A DNA stretch of 64,000 nucleotides, from the NCBI GenBank assembly GCA_965248975.1, contig CBDFKU010000016.1:64764-128763 (forward strand), in the 5' to 3' direction. A program made the position numbers and the translations under genes. Position 1 is the first letter of the stretch. Every line of letters starts with the position of its first letter. Of this stretch, positions 18,465 to 26,493 are shown piece after piece. Source of the stretch: Dehalococcoidia bacterium. Its GTDB lineage: Bacteria; Chloroflexota; Dehalococcoidia; Lucifugimonadales; JAGWBF01. The notes below the pieces were generated by a model. That model saw nothing but the letters and a program-made list of their open reading frames with translations, was not told where the DNA came from and ran no database searches.

Positions 18465-19589
18465 GTGCTTGAAGATCTGGGGCTCCTGAACCTGGCCGAC
18501 TTCGAGGCCCGGGCCAAGATAGTGATGCCCAACGCCCTTCTGGAGATGGTGGCCGGCGGGTTCAACGACGAGATCACCTTCAAGAGGACCCAGCGGGCCT
18601 TCGACTCCATCGCCCTCCGTCCTCGCTACTTGGTGGACGTGAGCCATGTCGATTCTTCCACCACCGTCCTGGGGCGGAAGATCGACTTCCCGGTCCTCGC
18701 GGGACCTCTGGGCGGTCTGGAGCTGGTTAACCCGGAAGGGTCTTCGGCCGCCTGCCGGGCCGCTGGGGCCGCCGGCACCGCCATGGTGGTCAGCCACGCC
18801 GCAGTCTCCTCCTCAATCGAAGAGGTGGCCGGCGTCGGCTCCGGCCCGGTGTGGTGCCAGGTTTTCCCTCTCAAGGATAGGGAGCTCCTTCGTGAACATG
18901 TGCGGCGGGCGGAAGACGCCAACTGCGCCGCCCTCTGTGTAACCGTTGACGCTCCCACCCTGGAGGTAGTCAAAGAACAAAGCATCAAGAACCCGGACCC
19001 CCTTCATCCGGGCCACTCGTCCTGGGCAACGATAACGCGAAGAGCGGGTGGGGGAAGCAGGACCATCGTGGACTTGGCCGAGGCCATAGACCCCGATGCC
19101 TCCTGGGATTACGTGGACTGGCTACGCTCGATAACCTCCATGCCAGTGGTGGTCAAAGGGATCCTTACAGCGGAGGACGCCCGCCTTTGTGCGGAGCATG
19201 GAGCGCGGGGGATCATCGTCTCCAACCACGGTGGCAGGCTCTTCGACGGCGCCATCACCGCCATAGAGGCCCTTCCCGGCGTGGCCGACGCTGTGGGAGG
19301 GCGCTGCGAGGTGCTGATGGACGGGGGCATCCGGCGGGGCATCGACGTGGTCAAGGCCCTGGCCCTCGGGGCTCGAGCCGTGCTCCTGGGCCGGCCGGTC
19401 TACTATGGACTTGCGGCCGGCGGCGAATCGGGAGTCAAGACGGTCTTCGACCTGCTGCGCCGGGAGATGGAGTTCTCGATAGCCATGTGCGGGAAGACCA
19501 GGCTGGAGCAACTGGACCGGAGCATGGTGGTAAAGGTCTCCACCCTGTACGAGCCGGGAGGGTTCGCCTCTCGTTGGAACACCGGGTGA
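18465..19589 (+). CDS. FMN-dependent alpha-hydroxy acid oxidase/dehydrogenase
   Basis: GTG start 6 nt after AAGGAGG. 'IIVSNHGGRLFDG', 'VLMDGGIRRGIDVVKALALGA' and 'GRPVYYGLA' match the glycolate oxidase/L-lactate dehydrogenase (LldD) family. Confidence 0.85.
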   Translation: MLEDLGLLNLADFEARAKIVMPNALLEMVAGGFNDEITFKRTQRAFDSIALRPRYLVDVSHVDSSTTVLGRKIDFPVLAGPLGGLELVNPEGSSAACRAAGAAGTAMVVSHAAVSSSIEEVAGVGSGPVWCQVFPLKDRELLREHVRRAEDANCAALCVTVDAPTLEVVKEQSIKNPDPLHPGHSSWATITRRAGGGSRTIVDLAEAIDPDASWDYVDWLRSITSMPVVVKGILTAEDARLCAEHGARGIIVSNHGGRLFDGAITAIEALPGVADAVGGRCEVLMDGGIRRGIDVVKALALGARAVLLGRPVYYGLAAGGESGVKTVFDLLRREMEFSIAMCGKTRLEQLDRSMVVKVSTLYEPGGFASRWNTG

Positions 19590-19660
19590 CCGGGAATACG
19601 GGGTGACCGTTCTCTAGTCCCCATGCTATACTGCCCTAAACTTCGTCGGAGGTAGGCGCG

Positions 19661-20881
19661 ATGTATGACCTGGTGTTAAAGGGAGGCACAGTCCTCGATC
19701 CCGCCCAGGGAATTAACAAGCCTCTCGACGTAGCCGTAAGCGGAGGCAAGATCACCGCGCTGTCGGCTTCGATCCCGGAAGAAGACGCGGCTCAGGTCGT
19801 GAAGGTAGATCGGTACCTGGTCACGCCCGGCTTGGTGGACATCCACACCCACGTATACAGCCCTACCGGCAACCAGAACCACCCAGACATGGCCGGAGTC
19901 CTCAGCGGGGTAACAACGGTGGCCGACGCGGGGAGCCTGGGTCCCGCCAACTTCCAGGGGTTCAGCGACTATGTGCTGTCCCAGTCTCAGACAAAGGTCT
20001 ACTCCTTCCTCAGCATCTTCAGGGACAAGACCGTCGCCCTGAGCACGGACCCGTCTGAGATAGACGTGGCCGGCGTGGTCAAGACGGCCCGTGAGCACCC
20101 CGATGTGGTGGTAGGAGTCAAGGCATTGGTCGCACCCAGGCTGGTTCAGGCCATGGGCTTGGAGCACGTTGAGGCGACCTTCCGGGCGGCCCGCGAGGCG
20201 GGCATCCGGGTCATGCTTCACATAGGCGACATCGGGCCCAAGGGGCAGACTCCCACCCCCCGGGATCTGACAGTGCAGGCCCTTTCCATGCTGGAAGCGG
20301 GGGACGTCGTCACCCACGTGTTCAGTCCGCTGACCGGCGCTGCCCTGGACACCGATGGCAGGGTGCTGCCCGAGCTACGGGAGGCCCAGGGGCGTGGCGT
20401 GACATTGGACACCTCCTACGGCGACTTCAACTTCGGATGGGACTGCGCCCGGTCGGTGGTAGACCAGGGCCTGATACCCGACACCATCGGCACCGACATC
20501 GAGCTTCAGGCCGGAGTCGGCATGCGGCAGGTCTCCACCAGGGGACTGCTGGAATACAGCGCCTACTTCCTCCAGTTGGGATTCTCGCTGGAAGAGGTGG
20601 TCCGTATGATGACCGTCAACCCGGCGAAGGGCTTGGGTATCGACGACCGGGCCGGGAGCCTGGCGGTGGGACGGGAGGCCGACATCTCGGTGTTGGAGCT
20701 AAGGAAAGGCCGGTGGCTCCTGGAAGATGCAGCCGGCGCCAGTCAGGTCGGCTCTCAGGCCCTGGCCCCCGTGATAACCGTAAAAGGCGGCAAGGTCATC
20801 GAGCCCGGCGAGGCGCCCCACCCCTGGGGATGGACTCCCCAGGCGGCAGAAGCCGGGGCCGAAGTGGCCAGCTTCGACTAA
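19661..20881 (+). CDS. amidohydrolase-superfamily metallohydrolase (deacetylase/dihydroorotase-like)
   Basis: 406-aa ORF with GGAGG upstream. 'VLKGGTVLDP...LVTPGLVDIHTHVY' is the classic amidohydrolase beta-sandwich followed by the H-x-H motif. The substrate cannot be assigned. Confidence 0.7.
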   Translation: MYDLVLKGGTVLDPAQGINKPLDVAVSGGKITALSASIPEEDAAQVVKVDRYLVTPGLVDIHTHVYSPTGNQNHPDMAGVLSGVTTVADAGSLGPANFQGFSDYVLSQSQTKVYSFLSIFRDKTVALSTDPSEIDVAGVVKTAREHPDVVVGVKALVAPRLVQAMGLEHVEATFRAAREAGIRVMLHIGDIGPKGQTPTPRDLTVQALSMLEAGDVVTHVFSPLTGAALDTDGRVLPELREAQGRGVTLDTSYGDFNFGWDCARSVVDQGLIPDTIGTDIELQAGVGMRQVSTRGLLEYSAYFLQLGFSLEEVVRMMTVNPAKGLGIDDRAGSLAVGREADISVLELRKGRWLLEDAAGASQVGSQALAPVITVKGGKVIEPGEAPHPWGWTPQAAEAGAEVASFD

Positions 20882-20904
20882 TTAAACGGGACGGCTTTCG
20901 AGGA

Positions 20905-22476
20905 TCATCGGAGGGCCCGGGAAAAGTCCGGGCCCTCCATTTTTTCGATGCAGTTAGCATCTACGCCGGTCCCCGGATTGGCTAGAAAGTCTCTTGCGAT
21001 GTCCAGCGGGCAGTGGCCGCCGCTGAAGGCCACGCCATGGCCGACTCCGGGAAACTCGAAGAACACGCCGTTGGCCAGGCTCCCCACGGCCAGTCTTCCC
21101 CACGACGGCGGCGTAATCGGGTCGTATTCCCCCGCCAGCACCAGGGTCGGGATATCGCTCTTCACGGCCTGGTTCTCACTGGAGTTTGCCTGCCTTGCTC
21201 CCCACGCTCGGCATAGCTGAAGGATCGGATTCCTGTCGGCGAGCCCCCTCAACCTGGGGTGGGTCTCGGCCACCAGGTCCAGGTCTTCCTGAGAAGTGAA
21301 GGGGGCCTCTTCGCCGCACTGCACCGAGTAGTGCATTCCGACACTGATATCGTCCAACTGTGTCAGAAAAGCGCCCTCCAGGGCAGCTACCGCGGCAAAG
21401 TCGCCCAGCCCTGCCCGGAAGATGATGTCCGGGAGCAGCGGGATTATGTCGGTGATGTACAGGGACTGGAACAGGAAACCTGTGAGCTCATCCACGCTAA
21501 ACAGGAGATCAAAGGTCTCCCCCGTGAGAGGATGGGTTATCGGGAAGATGACCGGACTCTCGGCCAGGACACCCGCCAGGCGGAAGAACACGGTCTCCAG
21601 CTGGGGATGGGTGGCGTTACAGACCGGGTGGGCCGCGCAGCCGTCGAACAGGGTGGTGAAGGCACGGTCCGCGTTGGGGAGGAAATTGGTATACGCATCG
21701 ACCTCCAGTGGAACCGTGGAGTCGAGGATGACGCTGCGGATGCCCTCCGGGAAGTCGCGCATTGCCGTCAGGGCGAGGCGGGTCCCATACGAGACGCCCA
21801 GCAGGTTCCAGCTCTCGTATCCCAGGGCCAGCCTCAAGTCCTCCAGGTCGGCGGCGTTCTCGGCGCTGGTGTAGCCCTCCAGGTTCACCCCCTCCCCTTC
21901 AAGGCGGTCCCGGCAGGCGACCAGGCTCCCGATTGTGAGAGAGGACTCCAGCTCGATAGTCAGGTCCCGGTCAAGGGTGTCGTGGACCGCCTCCACGAAT
22001 TCGGGGCAGTCCACGGCCGGCTTGGAGAAGCCCGTCCCCCTCTGGTCGAGGACGATCACATCCCGTTGGGAAAGGAAGGGCTCGACCAGGTCGTCGAAGA
22101 CGAACTCTAGCTCCTTGAGGGCGCTGCTGCCCGGGCCGCCCGAGAGATAGACCAGCGGATCGTCGGCCGAGTCGTCGTTGGGACTTTCGAACACCGCTAC
22201 GTGCAGGTGGATCGAGGCACCGTCGGGGTCGCGGCGGTCTTCTGGGACTGTGAGGTAGCCGCATTCCACGACCTGGCCGGCGGCGACCTGGAAGAGGCAT
22301 TCCGCCGATCGATATCTGGAACGCGCAGCATCCGTGGGACGTGGAGTGGAGGTGGCCGACGGGGTGGAAGTAAGCCCGACGGTGGCCGAGGGCTCCGAAG
22401 TAGGCGTGCCTTGGGAACACGCCACCAGGACGACGACAAGGGCAAGCAGACCGGGCCAACGGATATGGTGCCACAT
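20905..22476 (-). CDS. secreted alpha/beta hydrolase lipoprotein (tripeptidyl-aminopeptidase-like)
   Basis: The ORF opens at 22518. ATG 22476 gives 'MWHHIRWPGLLALVVVLVACSQG' (signal peptide plus lipobox L-V-A-C). Nucleophile elbow 'LLGVSYGTRL' (G-x-S-x-G) is present. A Thr/Ser/Pro linker follows the lipobox. Confidence 0.7.
   Translation of the reverse strand: MWHHIRWPGLLALVVVLVACSQGTPTSEPSATVGLTSTPSATSTPRPTDAARSRYRSAECLFQVAAGQVVECGYLTVPEDRRDPDGASIHLHVAVFESPNDDSADDPLVYLSGGPGSSALKELEFVFDDLVEPFLSQRDVIVLDQRGTGFSKPAVDCPEFVEAVHDTLDRDLTIELESSLTIGSLVACRDRLEGEGVNLEGYTSAENAADLEDLRLALGYESWNLLGVSYGTRLALTAMRDFPEGIRSVILDSTVPLEVDAYTNFLPNADRAFTTLFDGCAAHPVCNATHPQLETVFFRLAGVLAESPVIFPITHPLTGETFDLLFSVDELTGFLFQSLYITDIIPLLPDIIFRAGLGDFAAVAALEGAFLTQLDDISVGMHYSVQCGEEAPFTSQEDLDLVAETHPRLRGLADRNPILQLCRAWGARQANSSENQAVKSDIPTLVLAGEYDPITPPSWGRLAVGSLANGVFFEFPGVGHGVAFSGGHCPLDIARDFLANPGTGVDANCIEKMEGPDFSRALR
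20910..20946 (+). terminator. rho-independent terminator
   Basis: GGAGGGCCCGG (20910-20920), loop GAAAAGT, CCGGGCCCTCC (20928-20938), followed by ATTTTTTC. It lies 29 nt after the stop of the 19661..20881 gene and inside the last codons of the convergent minus-strand gene. Confidence 0.65.
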
Positions 22477-22606
22477 TTGAGAGATTATAGCAGAATGCGC
22501 AAACGACAAACCTTCCAAGCATGTCCTCTCCCGGCCTTGTCACCACAATGGCCAACCAAGTATGATGGGTTCGCCAAAGGCACGTTCCGAGGGAGGCGAA
22601 GGTTCT

Positions 22607-24250
22607 ATGGGGCGCTATTGTGCTCTAGGCATAATCATCTTGGCAGCGGTCGTCCTTTCCGCATGCGGTGGCGGTGGCGGAACTTCGCCCACGTCTACCC
22701 CCACGTTCACTCCGGAGCCGACCCCTGAACCCACATCTACTACAACCCTGGAGCCCACCATCACCCCCGGTCCCACCTCCACTTCGGCACCCACTTCCAC
22801 GCCTCCTCCAGCTCCGACTTCGACACCTACGGCCACTTCTACTCCGGCACCCCAGGCCACCGCCACTCCGGAGCCGGTCGAGCCGACCCCCACCTCGGCA
22901 CCGACAGCTATAGCGACGCCGACCCCTCTGCCAACTCCGACTCTCACTCCGGCCCCAACACCGACCCCATCGCCTACGCAGGTACCTACGCCCATGCCCA
23001 CATCTATACCCACCCCGACGCCGGTGCCTCCCCGCGTCATTGTCCGCGAAGACCTGCCGGGGATGGTCCTGGCACAGGCAGACGTCGACGCCGAGATACA
23101 GGGCCTTCCCCTGGATGTCGCGGAAAGCGGCTACCAGGATAACGACGGCGCAGCAAGTGGGACCGTCGACCCCAGTGACACCGCCTCGGACCTGACGGCC
23201 CTGGGGCGTCTGGACGGCTACGGCCACCAGTTCCTGGACTTGTTGGTGCTGTTGCAGGGCGACCCCGCTGCGGGCGGCATCTTCAACGTATCGGCCTCCG
23301 TGGACACTTTCGACAGCCCCGAGGGTGCGGCGGCCTTCATCCAAGACCAGATCGAGGATTTTCGCCGTTTACAGAGTAGCGAAATATCCGAAGGATTCAC
23401 CTTGACCAGACTTCAGGAGTCGACGCCACCGAATGTCGGAGAAGATGCCATTGCTGGCGTCCTCCTCATATCCGTGGACGTGCCCGGCCTGAAGGCAGAC
23501 ACGTCCAACACCTTCGTCTCCTGGCGCAGGGACAACGTCGTGGCGACCCTCACGGTAGCTGCGGTGGGCGATGGAGGGAAAGGCGCCGTAGCGTCGCGCC
23601 TGGCCCTTCGCATGGACCAGAGGATAGACGGCGTGCTTGCCGGGGATATCGTGGCGACTCCCGTTCCATCTGGACCGGGCCCCTCAGGCACCGCCGAGGA
23701 ACGGGCCCGTGGCCAGGGTTACGACCTTCCCGCTATGCTCCACACCATTGCCGACCTGCCTGAAGGGGTGGCTCTGGGGGCTGAAGGTTTCATCGAGAAC
23801 TCGGACGGGATAAGCGCCTACCAGCGCTCCTTCGAGCCGGCCGAGGGACAGTTCATGGAGCTGGCATCCTCCAGGGCCATCGGAATAGGGGAGACGGTCA
23901 CCCTCCACATCAGCCCACTGGATGCACAGGCTCCCCTGCTGCTGATGAGGAACGCCGATCCAGAGGACATACGGAACCTGGCCGTGCAAGCACTGGCAGG
24001 TTCCGAGTTTTCGGTGACGAACCTGACGGTAGCCCCGCTGCCAGTCTTCCAGGTTGGGGACGTCACCGTGGCCTTCCTGATGAAGTTCGACACGGAGTTC
24101 GGCCCCTTCGAGGGACACCTGTTCTTCTTCGCTCAGGGCCGTCTCGCCGTGGACGTGGTTATCACGGGTGTGGCCGACAGGATTGCCCTCTTCGATACCT
24201 TGAACCTGGCCCAGTTCATCAGCGGCAAGATCCCCGGAAACTCGCCCTGA
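22607..24250 (+). CDS. lipoprotein with long Pro/Thr-rich linker, C-terminal domain of unknown function
   Basis: The ORF opens at 22562. ATG 22607 follows GGGAGG and gives 'MGRYCALGIIILAAVVLSACGGGGG' (lipobox L-S-A-C). A P/T/S/A low-complexity stretch of ~130 aa follows (~22680-23030), then a ~400-aa domain I cannot assign. Confidence 0.6.
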   Translation: MGRYCALGIIILAAVVLSACGGGGGTSPTSTPTFTPEPTPEPTSTTTLEPTITPGPTSTSAPTSTPPPAPTSTPTATSTPAPQATATPEPVEPTPTSAPTAIATPTPLPTPTLTPAPTPTPSPTQVPTPMPTSIPTPTPVPPRVIVREDLPGMVLAQADVDAEIQGLPLDVAESGYQDNDGAASGTVDPSDTASDLTALGRLDGYGHQFLDLLVLLQGDPAAGGIFNVSASVDTFDSPEGAAAFIQDQIEDFRRLQSSEISEGFTLTRLQESTPPNVGEDAIAGVLLISVDVPGLKADTSNTFVSWRRDNVVATLTVAAVGDGGKGAVASRLALRMDQRIDGVLAGDIVATPVPSGPGPSGTAEERARGQGYDLPAMLHTIADLPEGVALGAEGFIENSDGISAYQRSFEPAEGQFMELASSRAIGIGETVTLHISPLDAQAPLLLMRNADPEDIRNLAVQALAGSEFSVTNLTVAPLPVFQVGDVTVAFLMKFDTEFGPFEGHLFFFAQGRLAVDVVITGVADRIALFDTLNLAQFISGKIPGNSP

Positions 24251-24347
24251 CGGACTGGCAGAACGCTGAAGCAGTCGTGCCGGGCTTCCCGGCCGGCGGG
24301 GGCTAATGCTGGTGGCTTTCCCCTGACCCAGGGGGATGGGCAGCCTG

Positions 24348-24491
24348 TCAGCAGCCTGGTTCGCCCAGGTGGCCGCAGCAGTTCCGCCTGCGGTACAGCT
24401 TCAACCAGTTGTTCCGGAATACCAGAAGGACCTTCCTGCCGAAGGGCATGGGGGTCGTCATGTTGGTCCAAATGATGCTTTTCCCGGCCAT
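24348..24491 (-). CDS. small Cys-rich hypothetical protein (47 aa), below the ORF-track size threshold
   Basis: My own translation reads MAGKSIIWTNMTTPMPFGRKVLLVFRNNWLKLYRRRNCCGHLGEPGC*. The ATG (24491) is preceded by AGGGGGA plus a 5-nt spacer. An in-frame TGA lies 20 codons upstream with no alternative start between. Third codon positions are strongly G/C, like the real genes here. Confidence 0.45.
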   Translation of the reverse strand: MAGKSIIWTNMTTPMPFGRKVLLVFRNNWLKLYRRRNCCGHLGEPGC

Positions 24492-24658
24492 ATGTGTCCC
24501 CCTGCACCGGACTTGTTCCGCATAACATACCTTCGGGTCACCACCCTGTCAACCGCCGCCCGGGAACGCTCCTTGACGCTGCTTTCCACGAAGAATATAG
24601 TGTCTCCCAGGCCAGTACCCGACCCTCGGCTACCTTTACCGTAAGGGGGTAACCCGAT

Positions 24659-25609
24659 ATGGCGACGACATTGGGCAGCGGGAACCTGCTGTTCGAGCCC
24701 ATGGACGGATGGGAGAAGCTACCCGATGGCTGGTCCTTCGTCGACGTGGCCGGGATCGCGGTGGATTCCAAAGACAATGTCTACATATTCAACCGTGGTG
24801 GTCATCCAGTGATCGTCCTCGATCAGCAGGGTAACTTCCTGAGGTCGTGGGGCGAGGGGTTCTTCAGCACCAGGGCCCACGGGATCCACGTCGGCCCCGA
24901 CGACGAGGTCTACTGTGTAGACGACTCCCAGCATGCGGTGCACAAGTTCGACTCCGAGGGTAAGCTGCTGATGACCCTGGGCGCCATGGGCAAGCCGGCC
25001 CCGAGGTACGGTGGAGAGCCCTTCAACCGTCCCACCCACATGGCGGTGTCCCGCAAGACCGGATATATCTTCGTTTCCGACGGCTACGGCAACTGCCGCA
25101 TCCACAAATACTCCCCCGACGGCAGACACCTCCTGTCATGGGGTGAGCCAGGGATCGATGCGGGCCAGTTCGTTCGGCCCCATAACGTGGTCATAGATAA
25201 CGAGGACTATATCTACATCGCCGACCGGGAGAATCACAGGATCCAAGTGTTCGACAGCAACGGCAAGTTCCAGACCATGTGGAACAACGTCTACAGGCCC
25301 GACGGCATCTGCCTGGACTCCGAAGGAAACTTCTACGTCGCCGAGCTGAACGCCTTCACGGGCATCGAGCCCGAATGCCCTGGCCTGGGGCATCGGGTCA
25401 GCATATACAACCTGCAGGGCCAGCTACAGACCCGCATAGGCGCTCCCGACGAAGGTGAACGCGCCGATCAGTTCATCGCCCCCCACGCGGCGGCGGTGGA
25501 CTCCCGGGGCGATCTCTACGTCGGCGACGTGGCCTACACAATCAGGGGCCAGCACATGGACCCGCCCAAGCATCTCCGGAGCTTCCGCAAGTTCGCCCGG
25601 AAGCGGTAG
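24659..25609 (+). CDS. NHL-repeat protein, peptidyl-alpha-hydroxyglycine alpha-amidating lyase (PAL)-like
   Basis: 316-aa ORF with 'VAGIAVDSKDNVYIFNRGGHPVIVLD', 'HGIHVGPDDEVYCVDD', 'PTHMAVSRKTGYIFVSDGYGNCRIHKY', 'PHNVVIDNEDYIYIADRENHRIQVF'. The propeller resembles the PAL-like subgroup (recalled). Confidence 0.65.
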   Translation: MATTLGSGNLLFEPMDGWEKLPDGWSFVDVAGIAVDSKDNVYIFNRGGHPVIVLDQQGNFLRSWGEGFFSTRAHGIHVGPDDEVYCVDDSQHAVHKFDSEGKLLMTLGAMGKPAPRYGGEPFNRPTHMAVSRKTGYIFVSDGYGNCRIHKYSPDGRHLLSWGEPGIDAGQFVRPHNVVIDNEDYIYIADRENHRIQVFDSNGKFQTMWNNVYRPDGICLDSEGNFYVAELNAFTGIEPECPGLGHRVSIYNLQGQLQTRIGAPDEGERADQFIAPHAAAVDSRGDLYVGDVAYTIRGQHMDPPKHLRSFRKFARKR

Positions 25610-25761
25610 GCTACGGGTTTTCCCTAGTCTAAGAGGACCGGCCTTGCGTTTCCTTTTGCTGAATTCGAACTGATTACCGTCACCTCGATCCATTCCGCAC
25701 TGGGAAAACCTCTTTGTTAACATGTGCTAACGGGTTTTGCTGGGCCGCTCACTGAAAGGAG

Positions 25762-26391
25762 ATGAGACTATGCTGGTTACTAAGTTCACAAAAGTTTGGT
25801 TTAGTGGTGATAGTGCTGGCCCTCCTGACCGCCGGAGCGTTTATCATCCGGGATACCTTGGTGTCTGGCTCCGGTAGTCTTGATTCAGAACAAAGTCAAC
25901 TTAACAACAAGTGCACAGATAGCAGCGATTACGACGCCGATTGCGACGTAGATCGAGATGGGAGAATAAATGTCGTAGATCTTTCTTTGATTGCTAGGCA
26001 TCTCGGTCAGACCGGCGATCCCACACGGTTTCCGGGCATACCTGTTGGCTCCGTTGTTGCTTGGTTAAGTGCCCTCCCGAATGTTCCTTCACTTCCAGAA
26101 GGATGGGTAGAATGCAATGGTCAGGTTCTGGATGACCCCGAGAGCCCCTTCGATGGGCAACTAATCCCTAACCTGAACGGGGCCGACGGCGAAGCCCAAA
26201 GATTCTTAAGAGGATCAACATCGTCCGGTAATGACGGGGGAGTGGAAACCCATCGTCATGGGATTCCCAGAGGAGATCACGACTCCAACGGCACAGGTGG
26301 GTCAGGCGACGATTTATCTGGATGTTGTACTGATCATGCCGAAAATCTTCCCCCTTTTTACGAGGTAACCTGGATTATGCGCGTAAAATAA
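25762..26391 (+). CDS. membrane-anchored protein with dockerin-like Ca-binding repeat and phage tail-collar-like domain (low-GC gene)
   Basis: N-terminal TM 'FGLVVIVLALLTAGAFII'. 'DCDVDRDGRINVVDLSLIARHLG' looks like a dockerin/EF-hand repeat. 'PVGSVVAWLS..P.LPEGWVECNGQVL...LIPNLNG....RFLRG' and the terminal 'ENLPPFYEVTWIMRV' resemble the tail-collar (Collar/MdpB-like) pattern. The start is uncertain because AAGGAG abuts ATG 25762 with no spacer. Confidence 0.5.
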   Translation: MRLCWLLSSQKFGLVVIVLALLTAGAFIIRDTLVSGSGSLDSEQSQLNNKCTDSSDYDADCDVDRDGRINVVDLSLIARHLGQTGDPTRFPGIPVGSVVAWLSALPNVPSLPEGWVECNGQVLDDPESPFDGQLIPNLNGADGEAQRFLRGSTSSGNDGGVETHRHGIPRGDHDSNGTGGSGDDLSGCCTDHAENLPPFYEVTWIMRVK

Positions 26392-26493
26392 GTTGGTAAG
26401 ATTTGCCCTATCAGCTTCTTCGTTGCCGAACGGAGTTACCATCCAGTTCCAAACTCTACTGGATCCGAAAAAATCGATGGCGTGCACGGGTGG

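Noticed and set aside
22615-23344. Minus-strand ORFs (141 aa and 239 aa) rich in Gly/Val/Arg across the Pro/Thr linker region, and the possibility of a DNA tandem repeat there.
   Set aside because: They are the complement of the P/T-rich coding repeat of the lipoprotein gene. The repetition is degenerate at the DNA level, with no exact unit or period that I can define, so it is not a true tandem repeat or CRISPR-like array.
24133-24528. 131-aa minus-strand ORF covering the 24.3-24.5 kb gap.
   Set aside because: It overlaps the 3' end of the lipoprotein gene in antisense, has no SD and has shadow-frame composition. The 47-aa ORF in a different frame (24348..24491), with a strong SD, explains the region better.
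25770-25772. ATG at 25770 with better spacing to the AAGGAG (25756-25761), as a start for the low-GC gene.
   Set aside because: It is out of frame with the long ORF and terminates after ~35 codons. The 25762 frame carries all the recognisable domains.
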